From assembly GCA_035549315.1 (NCBI GenBank), contig DASZRC010000027.1, positions 4,514 to 68,513 of the forward strand: a stretch of DNA of 64,000 nt, written 5' to 3'. Below, piece by piece: positions 1 to 9,208 of this stretch. Both the position numbers and the translations under genes were made by a program. Below the pieces are notes generated by a model that was not told where the DNA came from, did not search any database, and saw only the letters and a list, made by a program, of their open reading frames with translations. This stretch comes from Patescibacteria group bacterium (GTDB lineage Bacteria > Patescibacteriota > Microgenomatia > Levybacterales > GWA1-39-11). The first letter of the stretch is position 1; each line of letters begins with the position of its first letter.

Positions 1-540
1 ATTTATTTCATCTGGCTTGGCTCCGCGCCTTTCAGCTGTATCTCTTGTTAATTTTTCTGCTGCTCTCAAAACCTGCCTTTGTCTTGCAGACAGTTCCTCT
101 ATCTTTGATTTTCTTTCTGATTCTGAAAGCCCATCAAGAATACTAGACAATCTACTATCTCCAACAATAAAATCAAATGCATCCATTACCGTACCTGTGT
201 TGTTGTATCTTAAAGTTTCACCAATAAAACCGCGATTTAAATTCTCCGGAGGCTCAACTTCATTTGCCACTCTCCATAAGTCATGGGTAAAAGGACTTTG
301 GTTGAAACCTCTAAGCTGCACTCTTAGGTTTAACTCCTCCCATTTTCTCTTACCTTGATCATGAATTTTTAAAACGCTCCATCCCAATGCAAAACCAATT
401 TCTGCGGCCACAAAGCTTCTTGCCTATACTCTGCATTAACTGCATCAACAACAAACCTCCCCATCTCTCCGCGATCATTATATGTTGATGGATCTGCTAA
501 TCTAAGTGAGGCTTCTGTATCTCTAACCATGACTGAATTT
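1..540 (-). pseudogene. Frameshifted, 5'-truncated gene remnant running off the window start. Two consecutive minus-strand reading frames are separated by an in-frame stop. Product unknown.
   Basis: Manual translation of the minus strand: an ATG at ~530 gives ~53 aa (MVRDTEASLRLADPSTYNDRGEMGRFVVDAVNAEYRQEALWPQKLVLHWDGAF) followed by a stop. A second frame then stays open for >120 aa to the window edge (…KIHDQGKRKWEELNLRVQLRGFNQSPFTHDLWRVANEVEPPENLNRGFIGETLRY…). No ORF of ≥60 aa is listed on this strand. Confidence 0.3.
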
Positions 541-549
541 TAACATAAT

Positions 550-750
550 TTATCCTTTGGGGAATACTATTTTTGATCTGGCAATGAGTATTGGAATCAA
601 GCCTTCTTCTCCCTCTCTAATATATCTTGGCTCGGTAACTTCTACCAAGTCTTCCCCATCCGCATATCTATTCCAATGTTTTATTGCCAAGTCCGCTGCA
701 ACTTTTTTCTGTCTTTCCTGCAGGGTTTCAGGGGTATCATTTGCTTTCAT
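550..750 (-). CDS. Small hypothetical protein (66 aa). It may be the N-terminal piece of the same disrupted gene as 1..540.
   Basis: ORF track. It lies directly upstream of the frameshifted region in the same orientation. Confidence 0.3.
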   Translation of the reverse strand: MKANDTPETLQERQKKVAADLAIKHWNRYADGEDLVEVTEPRYIREGEEGLIPILIARSKIVFPKG

Positions 751-904
751 TTTCTTCCCTCATGAGTCGCTCTTACCATTCTTTCGAATGTTTTTCCTTC
801 ACCAGAAGCAAGTATTCCTAAACGCGGTGCATCTTTAATCATCTTAACCTTAACTCAATAGAATTATAAATTAAATTTTGTACTTTAGGATATCCAAAAA
901 ATTA

Positions 905-932
905 TTGACTTCTATAGCTTGACTGATAGAAT
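905..932 (+). promoter_or_regulatory. Sigma70-like promoter candidate: TTGACT, 16-bp spacer, TAGAAT, ~15 bp before the ATG at 948.
   Basis: Hexamers read directly from the sequence. Confidence 0.3.
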
Positions 933-947
933 AAACTTATTCTTCAT

Positions 948-2129
948 ATGATACAGGAAAATCCAATAACTTATTCCTCTACTGGTGTTAACTACGATGC
1001 AATGGATCCTTTCAAAAGAAATGCTCAACAAGAAGCAAAAAAAACGTCTGGAAACCTGGAAAGATTTGGTTTTACAGAAGTCGAAAGGAGCCGAGGAGAG
1101 TCTGCTTTTGTAATAGACGAAGGCGACAGATACACCGCTCATGTGGTTGAAGGTCTTGGAACCAAAAATCTTGTTGCAGATGAAGTTAGAAAAATTAGAC
1201 TCCAAGATCAATCAGATATTGCATACAACACAGGAAGAATCACAAGAAATACATACTACGACAAAATCGCAAAAGATAATGTTGCAATGATCATAAATGA
1301 CCTTCTTACCGTTGGAGCAGATCCCGTTGTTGTTAATGCATATTGTGCCGTTGGAAGTTCCGATTGGTTCGATGATGAAGAAAGATCAAATGATTTAACC
1401 AGGGGCATAAGAGAAGCGGTTGATGAGGCTGGCGCAGTATGGGGAGGAGGAGAAACCCCAACCCTAAAAGGAATTGTAAACCCAGAAACTATTGATCTTG
1501 CAGGAAGCGCATATGGAGTTATAAAACCGAAAGAAAGATTAACCTTGGGGGACAAGCTAAAACCTGGGGATGCTATTATCTTAGTGGGAAGCAGCGGAAT
1601 ACATGCTAACGGATTAACTCTGGCACGAACACTTGCAGAAAATATTTCAAAAAAAGATGAAGTTAGCCTAGCCGAAGCCTACGCAACACAAATCTCCGAT
1701 GGGACAATGTACGGAGAGGCATTACTTGAACCAACTCATATATATGCATCTCTCATAAGAGATCTTTTTGAGTCTGGAATTGATATTCATTATATGGCAA
1801 ATATTACTGGCCATGGATGGAGAAAAATAATGAGATGCGAAAAGGATTTAACATATAATATTGAGCGAATTCCCCAACCTCAACCAATTTTCGAGTTTAT
1901 TCAGCAAGAATCCGGGAATGACGATTATGAAATGTATGGAAATTACAATATGGGTGCTGGTTTCGCTATATTTGTTCCTCGGGAAATGGTTGAAGATGTA
2001 CTAAAAATTGGTGGAGAGAATCATGGATTTGATATGCTACACGCCGGGCAAGTTGAAGAAGGACCAAGACAAGTAAACATTAAACCACTAGGTTTGACTT
2101 ATGGGGCAGAAACACTAGGGGTTAGATAA
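948..2129 (+). CDS. AIR synthase-related protein of the PurM-like superfamily (PurM/HypE/SelD/ThiL-like fold)
   Basis: C-terminal PurM-type motif GDAIILVGSSGIHANGLTLAR. The overall N- and C-domain arrangement matches the PurM-like superfamily. Confidence 0.6.
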   Translation: MIQENPITYSSTGVNYDAMDPFKRNAQQEAKKTSGNLERFGFTEVERSRGESAFVIDEGDRYTAHVVEGLGTKNLVADEVRKIRLQDQSDIAYNTGRITRNTYYDKIAKDNVAMIINDLLTVGADPVVVNAYCAVGSSDWFDDEERSNDLTRGIREAVDEAGAVWGGGETPTLKGIVNPETIDLAGSAYGVIKPKERLTLGDKLKPGDAIILVGSSGIHANGLTLARTLAENISKKDEVSLAEAYATQISDGTMYGEALLEPTHIYASLIRDLFESGIDIHYMANITGHGWRKIMRCEKDLTYNIERIPQPQPIFEFIQQESGNDDYEMYGNYNMGAGFAIFVPREMVEDVLKIGGENHGFDMLHAGQVEEGPRQVNIKPLGLTYGAETLGVR

Positions 2130-2139
2130 TCCAAATTGA

Positions 2140-3816
2140 TTACATGTTGAGTTTTGGACCGTCCATTATTTCTCCAATTTGTCCTAAGATTTTATCTTTG
2201 TTTCCAAACTTTTTAAGAACCGCAATTACATAATAAGCTTCTTTAATATCAAAGAGCCAAGTAAAGAAAACGTATGCTACTATACCAAAAAGTGATGCAA
2301 TCCCGGTAAGAATAAGGAGGTTAAAAGTTTTTGTTGTATCAAAAACCAATTGGTCAAGTAATTTTATTGGCACATATACTGCAACCCCCATAACTACAGT
2401 TGAAATAAATATTTTAAGAAAACTAATTGCCATATCCATCTTTGGCAATTCTACTTTTTTATTAAAGTAATAAATCATAGCAATAGTTGCTGCAATTGTT
2501 CCAATGGAAAATGAAAATGCCAGTGAATAAATTGGAAGATGATAGACAAGTACAAAAAGATATGAAAGCGCAATATTAACAAGGACTGAAAAGATAGTTA
2601 TATAAAGCGGCGTTCTTGAATCTTTGTATGCATAAAAGGCGCGGGACAAAAGATAAATAATGGCGCTCCCCGCAATTGATATAGAAAAATAAGCAAGAGT
2701 TAAACCCGTATCAACGGTTGCATCCCAATCAAACCTTGAAGCTCCAAAAAATAAGCGGACAAGAGGAATTCTAAGAACTATAAGAAGTGCTGCAAGCGGC
2801 ATTGTGAGATAAAGTATCTGGTTAAAAGAACTTACAAAAATTTCCAAAAATCCTTTTTTGTCCTCATACTTTAATGACATAGCGGGAAAAGAAGCTTGAG
2901 CTATAGATTGACCAATAAGAAGGACCGGTGCCATTGCAAGAGTTTGGGCCAAATCAAAAACAACTAAAGATCTTGCAGAAATAAATGATGCAAAAAATAC
3001 ATTTGCCGTCGCTGTCATCTGAGTAACTATGAGCGTCATAGTCCTTGGAACCATAAGTCTTCCAAGCTTTATAAGACCTTGGCTAAATTGGAGAACCATA
3101 GTAAATCTAAAGCCGGCAAAGAAAACCAATGGCAGCTGAAGTATAAAGAAGAAAATAGATCCTATTAATACTCCTATCGTTGCCCCATATATTCCAAACC
3201 CTAGAAAATAAGAAAAAATAATTAGACCCAAAATTATTCCAAAGTTATAAAAAGCTGTTGCGATACCGGGAATTAAAAAATGCTGGAAGGATTGAAGTAT
3301 TGCTGTAAATATTGTTCCCAAAATAAAAAATATTTGTGAGAGCTGAATTATTATCATAAGATTTGCCATTAAAGTCAGCTCTCTTGGTGAAAACCCCGGA
3401 GCAATTAAGGAACAAAGCTGGTATGCAAAAACTATAGTTATGGCAGAAATTACCATAAAGAAAATCATTCCAATAAAAATAAGCTCAGAAGTAAAACCAA
3501 AGGCTTCCTTTTTCTTACCCTTTGCTACGTATTCAGTAAAAATTGGGATAAAAGAAGCAGACAATGCACCTGCCACAACAACCTGAAAAATAAAATCCGG
3601 GATCCTAAAGGCTGCAAAGAACACACCAAGGTCGGAAGAAGCTCCAAAAAGAGAAACAAGCAATCTATATTTAAGTATGCCCAAGAACTGTGAAAAAACG
3701 GTGGTAAGGATTATGAAAGTGGCCGCTGTAAAAATATTGGTTTGGCGGGAAACTATTGCCTCTATACTTTTTTTTACAATATCTTTGACCATATATATAA
3801 AATGACCAAACGCCAA
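2140..3816 (-). CDS. murJ: Lipid II flippase MurJ (MviN family)
   Basis: 558-aa polytopic membrane protein. Its N-terminal region (…LGILKYRLLVSLFGASSDLGVFFAAFRIPDFIFQ…) is characteristic of MurJ/MviN. Confidence 0.85.
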   Translation of the reverse strand: MAFGHFIYMVKDIVKKSIEAIVSRQTNIFTAATFIILTTVFSQFLGILKYRLLVSLFGASSDLGVFFAAFRIPDFIFQVVVAGALSASFIPIFTEYVAKGKKKEAFGFTSELIFIGMIFFMVISAITIVFAYQLCSLIAPGFSPRELTLMANLMIIIQLSQIFFILGTIFTAILQSFQHFLIPGIATAFYNFGIILGLIIFSYFLGFGIYGATIGVLIGSIFFFILQLPLVFFAGFRFTMVLQFSQGLIKLGRLMVPRTMTLIVTQMTATANVFFASFISARSLVVFDLAQTLAMAPVLLIGQSIAQASFPAMSLKYEDKKGFLEIFVSSFNQILYLTMPLAALLIVLRIPLVRLFFGASRFDWDATVDTGLTLAYFSISIAGSAIIYLLSRAFYAYKDSRTPLYITIFSVLVNIALSYLFVLVYHLPIYSLAFSFSIGTIAATIAMIYYFNKKVELPKMDMAISFLKIFISTVVMGVAVYVPIKLLDQLVFDTTKTFNLLILTGIASLFGIVAYVFFTWLFDIKEAYYVIAVLKKFGNKDKILGQIGEIMDGPKLNM

Positions 3817-3912
3817 ATTCCAATTTACAAATATTTATGGAAGGTTTTGCAAATTGTCCCCGGCGTGGCCAATATTCTTGTATTTATAAGTATAACATGC
3901 TAAAATTGCCAC

Positions 3913-4239
3913 ATGCCAGTAATAAAATCTGCAATTAAGAAACTAAGAAAAGACGTGAAAAGAGAAAAAAGAAATTCTCAATTTCGCGCAGAACTTGATA
4001 AGGCAATAAATTCTGCAAAGAAATCAAAGACAGAAAAAACCGTTAAAGAGGCCATTTCTGCTGTTGATAAAGCAGTTAAAAAGAACCTTCTTCACCAAAA
4101 CAAAGCCGGAAGAATGAAGTCTTCTTTATCAAAACTTGCAAAGATTGGCGCAACCAAAGCAAAAACCACAACAAAAGAGACAGTAAAAACTGTTAAAAAA
4201 GCAGTTGCTCCCAAAGCCCCTAAGAAATCTGCTAAATAA
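3913..4239 (+). CDS. rpsT: 30S ribosomal protein S20 (bS20)
   Basis: The N-terminus MPVIKSAIKKLRKDVKREKRN is the typical S20 start. The protein is a highly basic 108-aa Lys/Ala-rich protein. Confidence 0.85.
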   Translation: MPVIKSAIKKLRKDVKREKRNSQFRAELDKAINSAKKSKTEKTVKEAISAVDKAVKKNLLHQNKAGRMKSSLSKLAKIGATKAKTTTKETVKTVKKAVAPKAPKKSAK

Positions 4240-4336
4240 GCTCATTCTCAGATATAAAATGTTGACTTGTCGCATTTAGTAATTCGCATATTTGCTGCTT
4301 CTAAATAATTGCAGGAAAATTGAAGCTAATTTTGCT

Positions 4337-4365
4337 TTGACAAAACACCCCAAAATCTCTAAACT
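4337..4365 (+). promoter_or_regulatory. Promoter candidate: perfect TTGACA -35, 17-bp spacer, TAAACT -10. The ATG at 4372 lies ~7 nt downstream, so the transcript would be near-leaderless.
   Basis: Seen directly in the sequence. Confidence 0.4.
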
Positions 4366-4371
4366 AAATTT

Positions 4372-4935
4372 ATGGCGAATTCACCTCATGTGAAGATTAA
4401 TCTTATTGGCAAGAGCGAAGTATCCTTTAGGGATGACATACTCAAGTGGGCAATAAGCGTGGGAAGAATCATTATAGTTGTTACAGAACTTGTAGCCGTA
4501 GGGGCGCTAGCCTACAGATTTACCATAGATAGAAAAATAGTTGACCTCCACGATCAAATAAAAAAAGCGGATCTTTTTGTAGAAGCTCAGGCAGCAAAGG
4601 AAGCAGACTACAGAAGCATTCAAAACAGGCTTGCTAATATTAAAACAATAGATACTGATGCTGAAAACAAAATCTCTATCATGAAAGAAATCCTCGCCTC
4701 TATGTCTACCGGAGATTTTTCGTCTACAAATCTAACCGTTAGCCAAAAATCTATAAACATAAATGGTGTAGCCTTTTCCATTTTCCCAATAAACAATTTT
4801 ATAGAGGAGCTTAAGAAAAATCCCAATGTTACCTCTATCAGCCTTGATGACATATCAAGCACAGATGAAGGGGTTAAATTTAAAATGACAATTGAATTAA
4901 AGCAAACAACAAATTTACCAGATGAAACTAACTAA
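4372..4935 (+). CDS. pilN: Type IV pilus assembly protein PilN-like
   Basis: The short cytoplasmic N-terminus carries an INLIG motif (the PilM-binding INLLP-like motif), followed by a single TM, a coiled coil and a C-terminal domain. A PilO-like gene follows with a 14-bp overlap. Confidence 0.55.
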   Translation: MANSPHVKINLIGKSEVSFRDDILKWAISVGRIIIVVTELVAVGALAYRFTIDRKIVDLHDQIKKADLFVEAQAAKEADYRSIQNRLANIKTIDTDAENKISIMKEILASMSTGDFSSTNLTVSQKSININGVAFSIFPINNFIEELKKNPNVTSISLDDISSTDEGVKFKMTIELKQTTNLPDETN

Positions 4936-5533
4936 TATTACCCAAACCATAAGAAGTCTTTCAGATAAATACATTGGGAGACTAACTGATACCCAAAAAA
5001 AACAAATAATTGGGTATATTTATATAATCTTGACCCTTATCACCGTTTCTTTCTTTGGCCTTTTTGCTATTGCGCCTACTCTTTCTACCATTGGAAACCT
5101 TAATAAACAATACCAAGACAGCAAGCTTGTTTATGATGCACTAAATAAAAAATTAACAAACCTGCAGCTACTAGACAATGAATACAAAGATATTCAAACC
5201 GATCTACCAATAATCTATACTGCTGTTCCCCAGACTACAAAAATTCCAGAGCTAACAAGAAAGCTAGAAGATGTAGCGACCTTAAACAATGTAACAGTAT
5301 CAAGGCTTACCTTTGGAGAAGTTGAAGTTTATCCAAATTCTAAAAAAAGCCCAATATATTCTTTCACCTTCACTATTGGGGTTGTGGGAACTCAGCAAAA
5401 TGTTAATAACTTTATAGAAAGCGTGATTGATTTTGACAGAATAATAGGTATTGATAAGATAATCACGGGTGTTGACCAAGAAGGAAAATACACAGCCCAA
5501 GTTACAGGAAGGGCTTACTTTGTTACAAAATAA
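4922..5533 (+). CDS. pilO: Type IV pilus assembly protein PilO-like
   Basis: An N-terminal TM follows a short cytoplasmic segment, then a coiled coil and a C-terminal domain. It is translationally coupled to the PilN-like gene. Confidence 0.5.
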   Translation: MKLTNITQTIRSLSDKYIGRLTDTQKKQIIGYIYIILTLITVSFFGLFAIAPTLSTIGNLNKQYQDSKLVYDALNKKLTNLQLLDNEYKDIQTDLPIIYTAVPQTTKIPELTRKLEDVATLNNVTVSRLTFGEVEVYPNSKKSPIYSFTFTIGVVGTQQNVNNFIESVIDFDRIIGIDKIITGVDQEGKYTAQVTGRAYFVTK

Positions 5534-5535
5534 AT

Positions 5536-5853
5536 ATGTTTAACGGACTCAAAGGATTACTATATATTACGCTTCTAACAACAGCTGCTATAATCTCTTG
5601 GATTGCTTTCTCAATTTATCACAGCAATACGGCTTCTACTATTGCGCCTGATACGGCAATTATAATTACGCCAATTCCTGCCCAATTTGACCGTGAAACA
5701 ATTGAAAAACTTAAAACTAAGAAAGTTGTTGAAGTAGATTTGGGAGCACAAAGAGTTGATCTTCCTATAACAACTGATCAAGCAGGAGCATCTAACTCCG
5801 CAAAAACCATAGAAACTCAACAAGCGTCACCATCAGCAGAGGAACAATTATAA
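5536..5853 (+). CDS. Small membrane-anchored protein, possibly PilP-like
   Basis: 105 aa with an N-terminal TM. It sits in the same operon between the PilO-like gene and the surface protein. Confidence 0.35.
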   Translation: MFNGLKGLLYITLLTTAAIISWIAFSIYHSNTASTIAPDTAIIITPIPAQFDRETIEKLKTKKVVEVDLGAQRVDLPITTDQAGASNSAKTIETQQASPSAEEQL

Positions 5854-5854
5854 T

Positions 5855-7336
5855 ATGAAAAAAGGATTATGGAATCAAAGAATCCCAACAGTAGTTGCCT
5901 TATTTATACTTTTGGTAGGTATTGGCGTAAGCTCTATCTTTATTCAAAGAGGAGTTAATGTTGTAAGTAGGGCCGGCCCTGAAAAAGTACCCCAAAATGT
6001 AATAATTTCCAACGTAACAGATAGTGCTTTTACTGTTAACTTTACAACAAATAGCCAAACCGTAGCAGCTGTCCAAGTAGAAGATGGCGCAAGTAGTCCT
6101 TTCCTTGTTTATGACGACAGAAACAAAAAAACCGGAGAACAAACTGCTTACTATTCACACTACATTACCGTATCGGATCTTAAACCAACAACAAAATATC
6201 AGTTTTCAATATTATCCGATGGAGAAACTTACCTTTTGAATGGAAATAAATACACCATTACAACGGGTACCAAAATAACAAACTCTCCGCCCACCCAATC
6301 TCCTATTGCGGGTAAAATATTACTTCCCCAAGGAGGAGAAGCAAGTGACACAATTGTTGAACTAAGGGTTCCCAATGCGGAAAGAATAACTGCCCTAACC
6401 CAAACCAATGGGAATTATATATTACCTACCAATTCAATCAGGAATAACACATTAACAGACTATATAACTTTGAGCGGAAATGAGGAGTTAACTCTTATTG
6501 CATACAGACAAAATCTTAAAACAGAAACTAAAATTGTTTATAAGCCAAATCTCACAATTCCGCCAATAACACTTGAACAGCAATATGACTTTACAGATAT
6601 ATCAAACATTGAGGAATCAACTGTATCTTCTCAACTAAAAGCTCCACTTACACAAAATACGAGCAGCACAACCGTATCAATATCTGTTCCGGCAAATTCA
6701 CAATCATTTGTTGATAGCCAACCATCATTTAGAGGAACAGGGGTGGCAGGGAAAACAGTATCTATCTCTATTGATCCGGGACCAATAACGGCATCTGTTA
6801 CTGTTGGGAGCAATGGGTCCTGGACGTACAGACCAAGTCAACCATTAGACATAGGTGACCACAAGATTAATATTCAGAGCCAAGACAAAACCGGAATAAC
6901 TAAAAGTGTTTCAAAAAGCTTTAGTATTTTTGCTGCAGGGTCTCAAATTGCAGGATCCGGTCCCACAACTACACCTACGCCAAAAGTATCACCAACACCA
7001 AAACCAACAGCAAAACCTGCAAGTAGCCCTACTCCAACTCCTGCTGTTGCAACTCCTACTCTTGCTGTTACGCCAACACTGGGCCTAAGTCCTACTCCAA
7101 CTATTTCCCTGTCTCCAACACCAACGTCAACCGTAAGCGGAACACCAATACCAACAGCAACTATTATTCCTACGGCAACCCTTGTTCCGCCAACGGCAAC
7201 ACCAACACAAATTGTTATAAACACACCACCACCAATTGCAACACCTCCACCAACCGGAAATACAACGCCAATTTTATTAACTGCGGTTTCTGTTATCTTA
7301 ATAATTGCCGGGGGAGCACTTCTATTTATGCTTTAG
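5855..7336 (+). CDS. Surface protein with an N-terminal TM/signal, FN3/Ig-like beta domains, a Pro/Thr-rich low-complexity stalk and a C-terminal TM anchor
   Basis: The N-terminal hydrophobic segment is followed by beta-rich domains. Residues 360-470 are PT repeats (PTPTPKVSPTPKPTAKP…), and the protein ends in …PPPTGNTTPILLTAVSVILIIAGGALLFML. Confidence 0.6.
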   Translation: MKKGLWNQRIPTVVALFILLVGIGVSSIFIQRGVNVVSRAGPEKVPQNVIISNVTDSAFTVNFTTNSQTVAAVQVEDGASSPFLVYDDRNKKTGEQTAYYSHYITVSDLKPTTKYQFSILSDGETYLLNGNKYTITTGTKITNSPPTQSPIAGKILLPQGGEASDTIVELRVPNAERITALTQTNGNYILPTNSIRNNTLTDYITLSGNEELTLIAYRQNLKTETKIVYKPNLTIPPITLEQQYDFTDISNIEESTVSSQLKAPLTQNTSSTTVSISVPANSQSFVDSQPSFRGTGVAGKTVSISIDPGPITASVTVGSNGSWTYRPSQPLDIGDHKINIQSQDKTGITKSVSKSFSIFAAGSQIAGSGPTTTPTPKVSPTPKPTAKPASSPTPTPAVATPTLAVTPTLGLSPTPTISLSPTPTSTVSGTPIPTATIIPTATLVPPTATPTQIVINTPPPIATPPPTGNTTPILLTAVSVILIIAGGALLFML

Positions 7337-9085
7337 TTTAAAGACGTAGAAGTTATCTATTTTTTTTACTAAAGATAATTTATTATTTTCATTGAGTTCA
7401 TTAACTATTTCCATACCGTCTTCTTTTTCTTCTCTTTTTGAAAATCCCAAATCATACGTTTTTTTATCTACAATAATGTAATCAAGTTTTAATAGAGCCA
7501 ATTTTTCTATAGACTTTTTATTTGGAAAGTTAATATGTAGGTAGGAAACACTATTCTGCCACGGGGGCGGAGAAAATCCACTTGATCCATTAACCATTGC
7601 CCTGTATTCAACGGTTGAATAAAACTCTCGTTCTATCTCCATCCCATTGCCCCACATATTCCAATTAAAGATTGGCATAATTATTATCTTTGAGTTTGTG
7701 GGAAGGCTATTAAGATATGAATAAATTTTGGGAAAATTTTTTGCTTGGAGCGCAGGATAAAATTGCATTGGGAAATTATATTCTAGAACTATCAATAGAA
7801 TTAATAATCCAAAAAAAGTGTTACCAATATTTTTTACTTTCTTCTTGGAAAAATCTGCCAACATATATGCAATGACCGGGGCAATAAAAATGATAGACAT
7901 CATTTCAAAACGGGAAGAATTTCTAAACCCCTTAAAGCCTGGCGCTAAATAATAAAATGGTAAATAAGGAAGAGGTATGGGCAAAGGATGATGGATAGTA
8001 ACCCTTCCAAAATGGAGAAAAGGACCAAAACTTAGAAGCAATCCAAGAATTGATGCTATCAAAAATATATTTATAATCCCATTATTTTTATTTTTCCTAT
8101 TTTTTGCTACATATATTAAAGCGCAAATTGATAGAACTGTAAAAACAAAACCAAGATACCCCGTTTTTATTTCTGCATTTTCAGGATATTTATTTCTATT
8201 ACTTAAATAAAGTAAGGGCTTTTGTAATCTTGTAGTTTCGTTTGGGTATAAAAGATCTTCCGGTTGTAATGCAAAATGTATAGTATCCCTTATATCTCTT
8301 GTATAACTGAACTCTTTTGAGACTTGATAATAAGGGATTACAAAAGGCAGTATGGCAACAATGGCGCCTAACAGTAAAAGTAAAATTTTTTTATCTTTAA
8401 ATAAAATAAATTTGGCTCCATCAAAAAAATAAACATAAGTAAAATAGACAAAATAAAACAAGATCAAAAAATAACCTGCCATAAAACAGTTATAAATCTG
8501 AATAACTGAGAAAATAACTGCAAGGCTAATAAATTTAAATTGTTTTGACCTAACAAAATTTAGGAAAAAAATAATTGAAAATGGAATCCATTCTAAAGCA
8601 AGCATCTGCAGATGGATTCTCTTGTCTAAAACCGCGGGAGAAAAAACCACCAAAAAACCGGCAATAAGACTTGTTGCAAAATTTTTAGTTAAATAATAGC
8701 TTAAAAGGAAAATTCCAAAAGGTAATAATATTAAAGAAACAATCATAGTAAAATTTATTGCAACAATTGGCTCACGTGTTATTAGGACAATTGGTGCTGC
8801 CATAATGCTTGAAATTAAATGAAGATCCGAATAAGCAAGCGTGTTTGTGTAAGGATAGTAGATATTTGCTTGAAAAAGACTTAGGGGATTTGTTATCAAT
8901 GCATGAATTACCCAGTTCATGATCCAGGAAATAACCAATTCATCACCAAATCCGGTGGTTAGACTTCCAAGATTAACAATTAGAGGATATGTAATATAAA
9001 CTGAGGCAGCAATAAAAATAAAAAACGCCAATATAATTTTTCCTAAATTTGTTTTGAGCATTTTACACTCAGTAGTATATATCAA
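7322..9085 (-). CDS. Polytopic membrane protein, putative GT-C fold glycosyltransferase (PMT/ArnT/YfhO-like)
   Basis: 587 aa with more than 12 predicted TM segments. It lies within the glycosylation cluster. Confidence 0.45.
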   Translation of the reverse strand: MIYTTECKMLKTNLGKIILAFFIFIAASVYITYPLIVNLGSLTTGFGDELVISWIMNWVIHALITNPLSLFQANIYYPYTNTLAYSDLHLISSIMAAPIVLITREPIVAINFTMIVSLILLPFGIFLLSYYLTKNFATSLIAGFLVVFSPAVLDKRIHLQMLALEWIPFSIIFFLNFVRSKQFKFISLAVIFSVIQIYNCFMAGYFLILFYFVYFTYVYFFDGAKFILFKDKKILLLLLGAIVAILPFVIPYYQVSKEFSYTRDIRDTIHFALQPEDLLYPNETTRLQKPLLYLSNRNKYPENAEIKTGYLGFVFTVLSICALIYVAKNRKNKNNGIINIFLIASILGLLLSFGPFLHFGRVTIHHPLPIPLPYLPFYYLAPGFKGFRNSSRFEMMSIIFIAPVIAYMLADFSKKKVKNIGNTFFGLLILLIVLEYNFPMQFYPALQAKNFPKIYSYLNSLPTNSKIIIMPIFNWNMWGNGMEIEREFYSTVEYRAMVNGSSGFSPPPWQNSVSYLHINFPNKKSIEKLALLKLDYIIVDKKTYDLGFSKREEKEDGMEIVNELNENNKLSLVKKIDNFYVFKLKHK

Positions 9086-9208
9086 AATCTGATAAAATTA
9101 CTCTTATTCACCCCATTAAATATTTTTGGTATTATTTATGGAATTAAAAATTGAGACTATGACTAATTTGTATTTATTGATCAGAACGAAAGGAGAAGTT
9201 TTTAGGGG

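Noticed and set aside
17-358. 113-aa plus-strand ORF at the window start
   Set aside because: It lies antisense to a longer (frameshifted) minus-strand coding region. Its composition is consistent with a shadow ORF.
557-1211. ORFs 557..838 (+) and 912..1211 (-)
   Set aside because: They are shadow ORFs overlapping the better-supported 550..750 (-) and PurM-like 948..2129 (+) genes. Their low-complexity hydrophobic translations are typical of antisense frames in AT-rich DNA.
6906-7224. ORFs 6906..7088 (+) and 6943..7224 (-), with Gln/Leu-rich and Gly/Val-rich translations
   Set aside because: They are alternative-frame or antisense readings of the Pro/Thr-repeat coding region (ACN/CCN repeats) of the surface protein 5855..7336.
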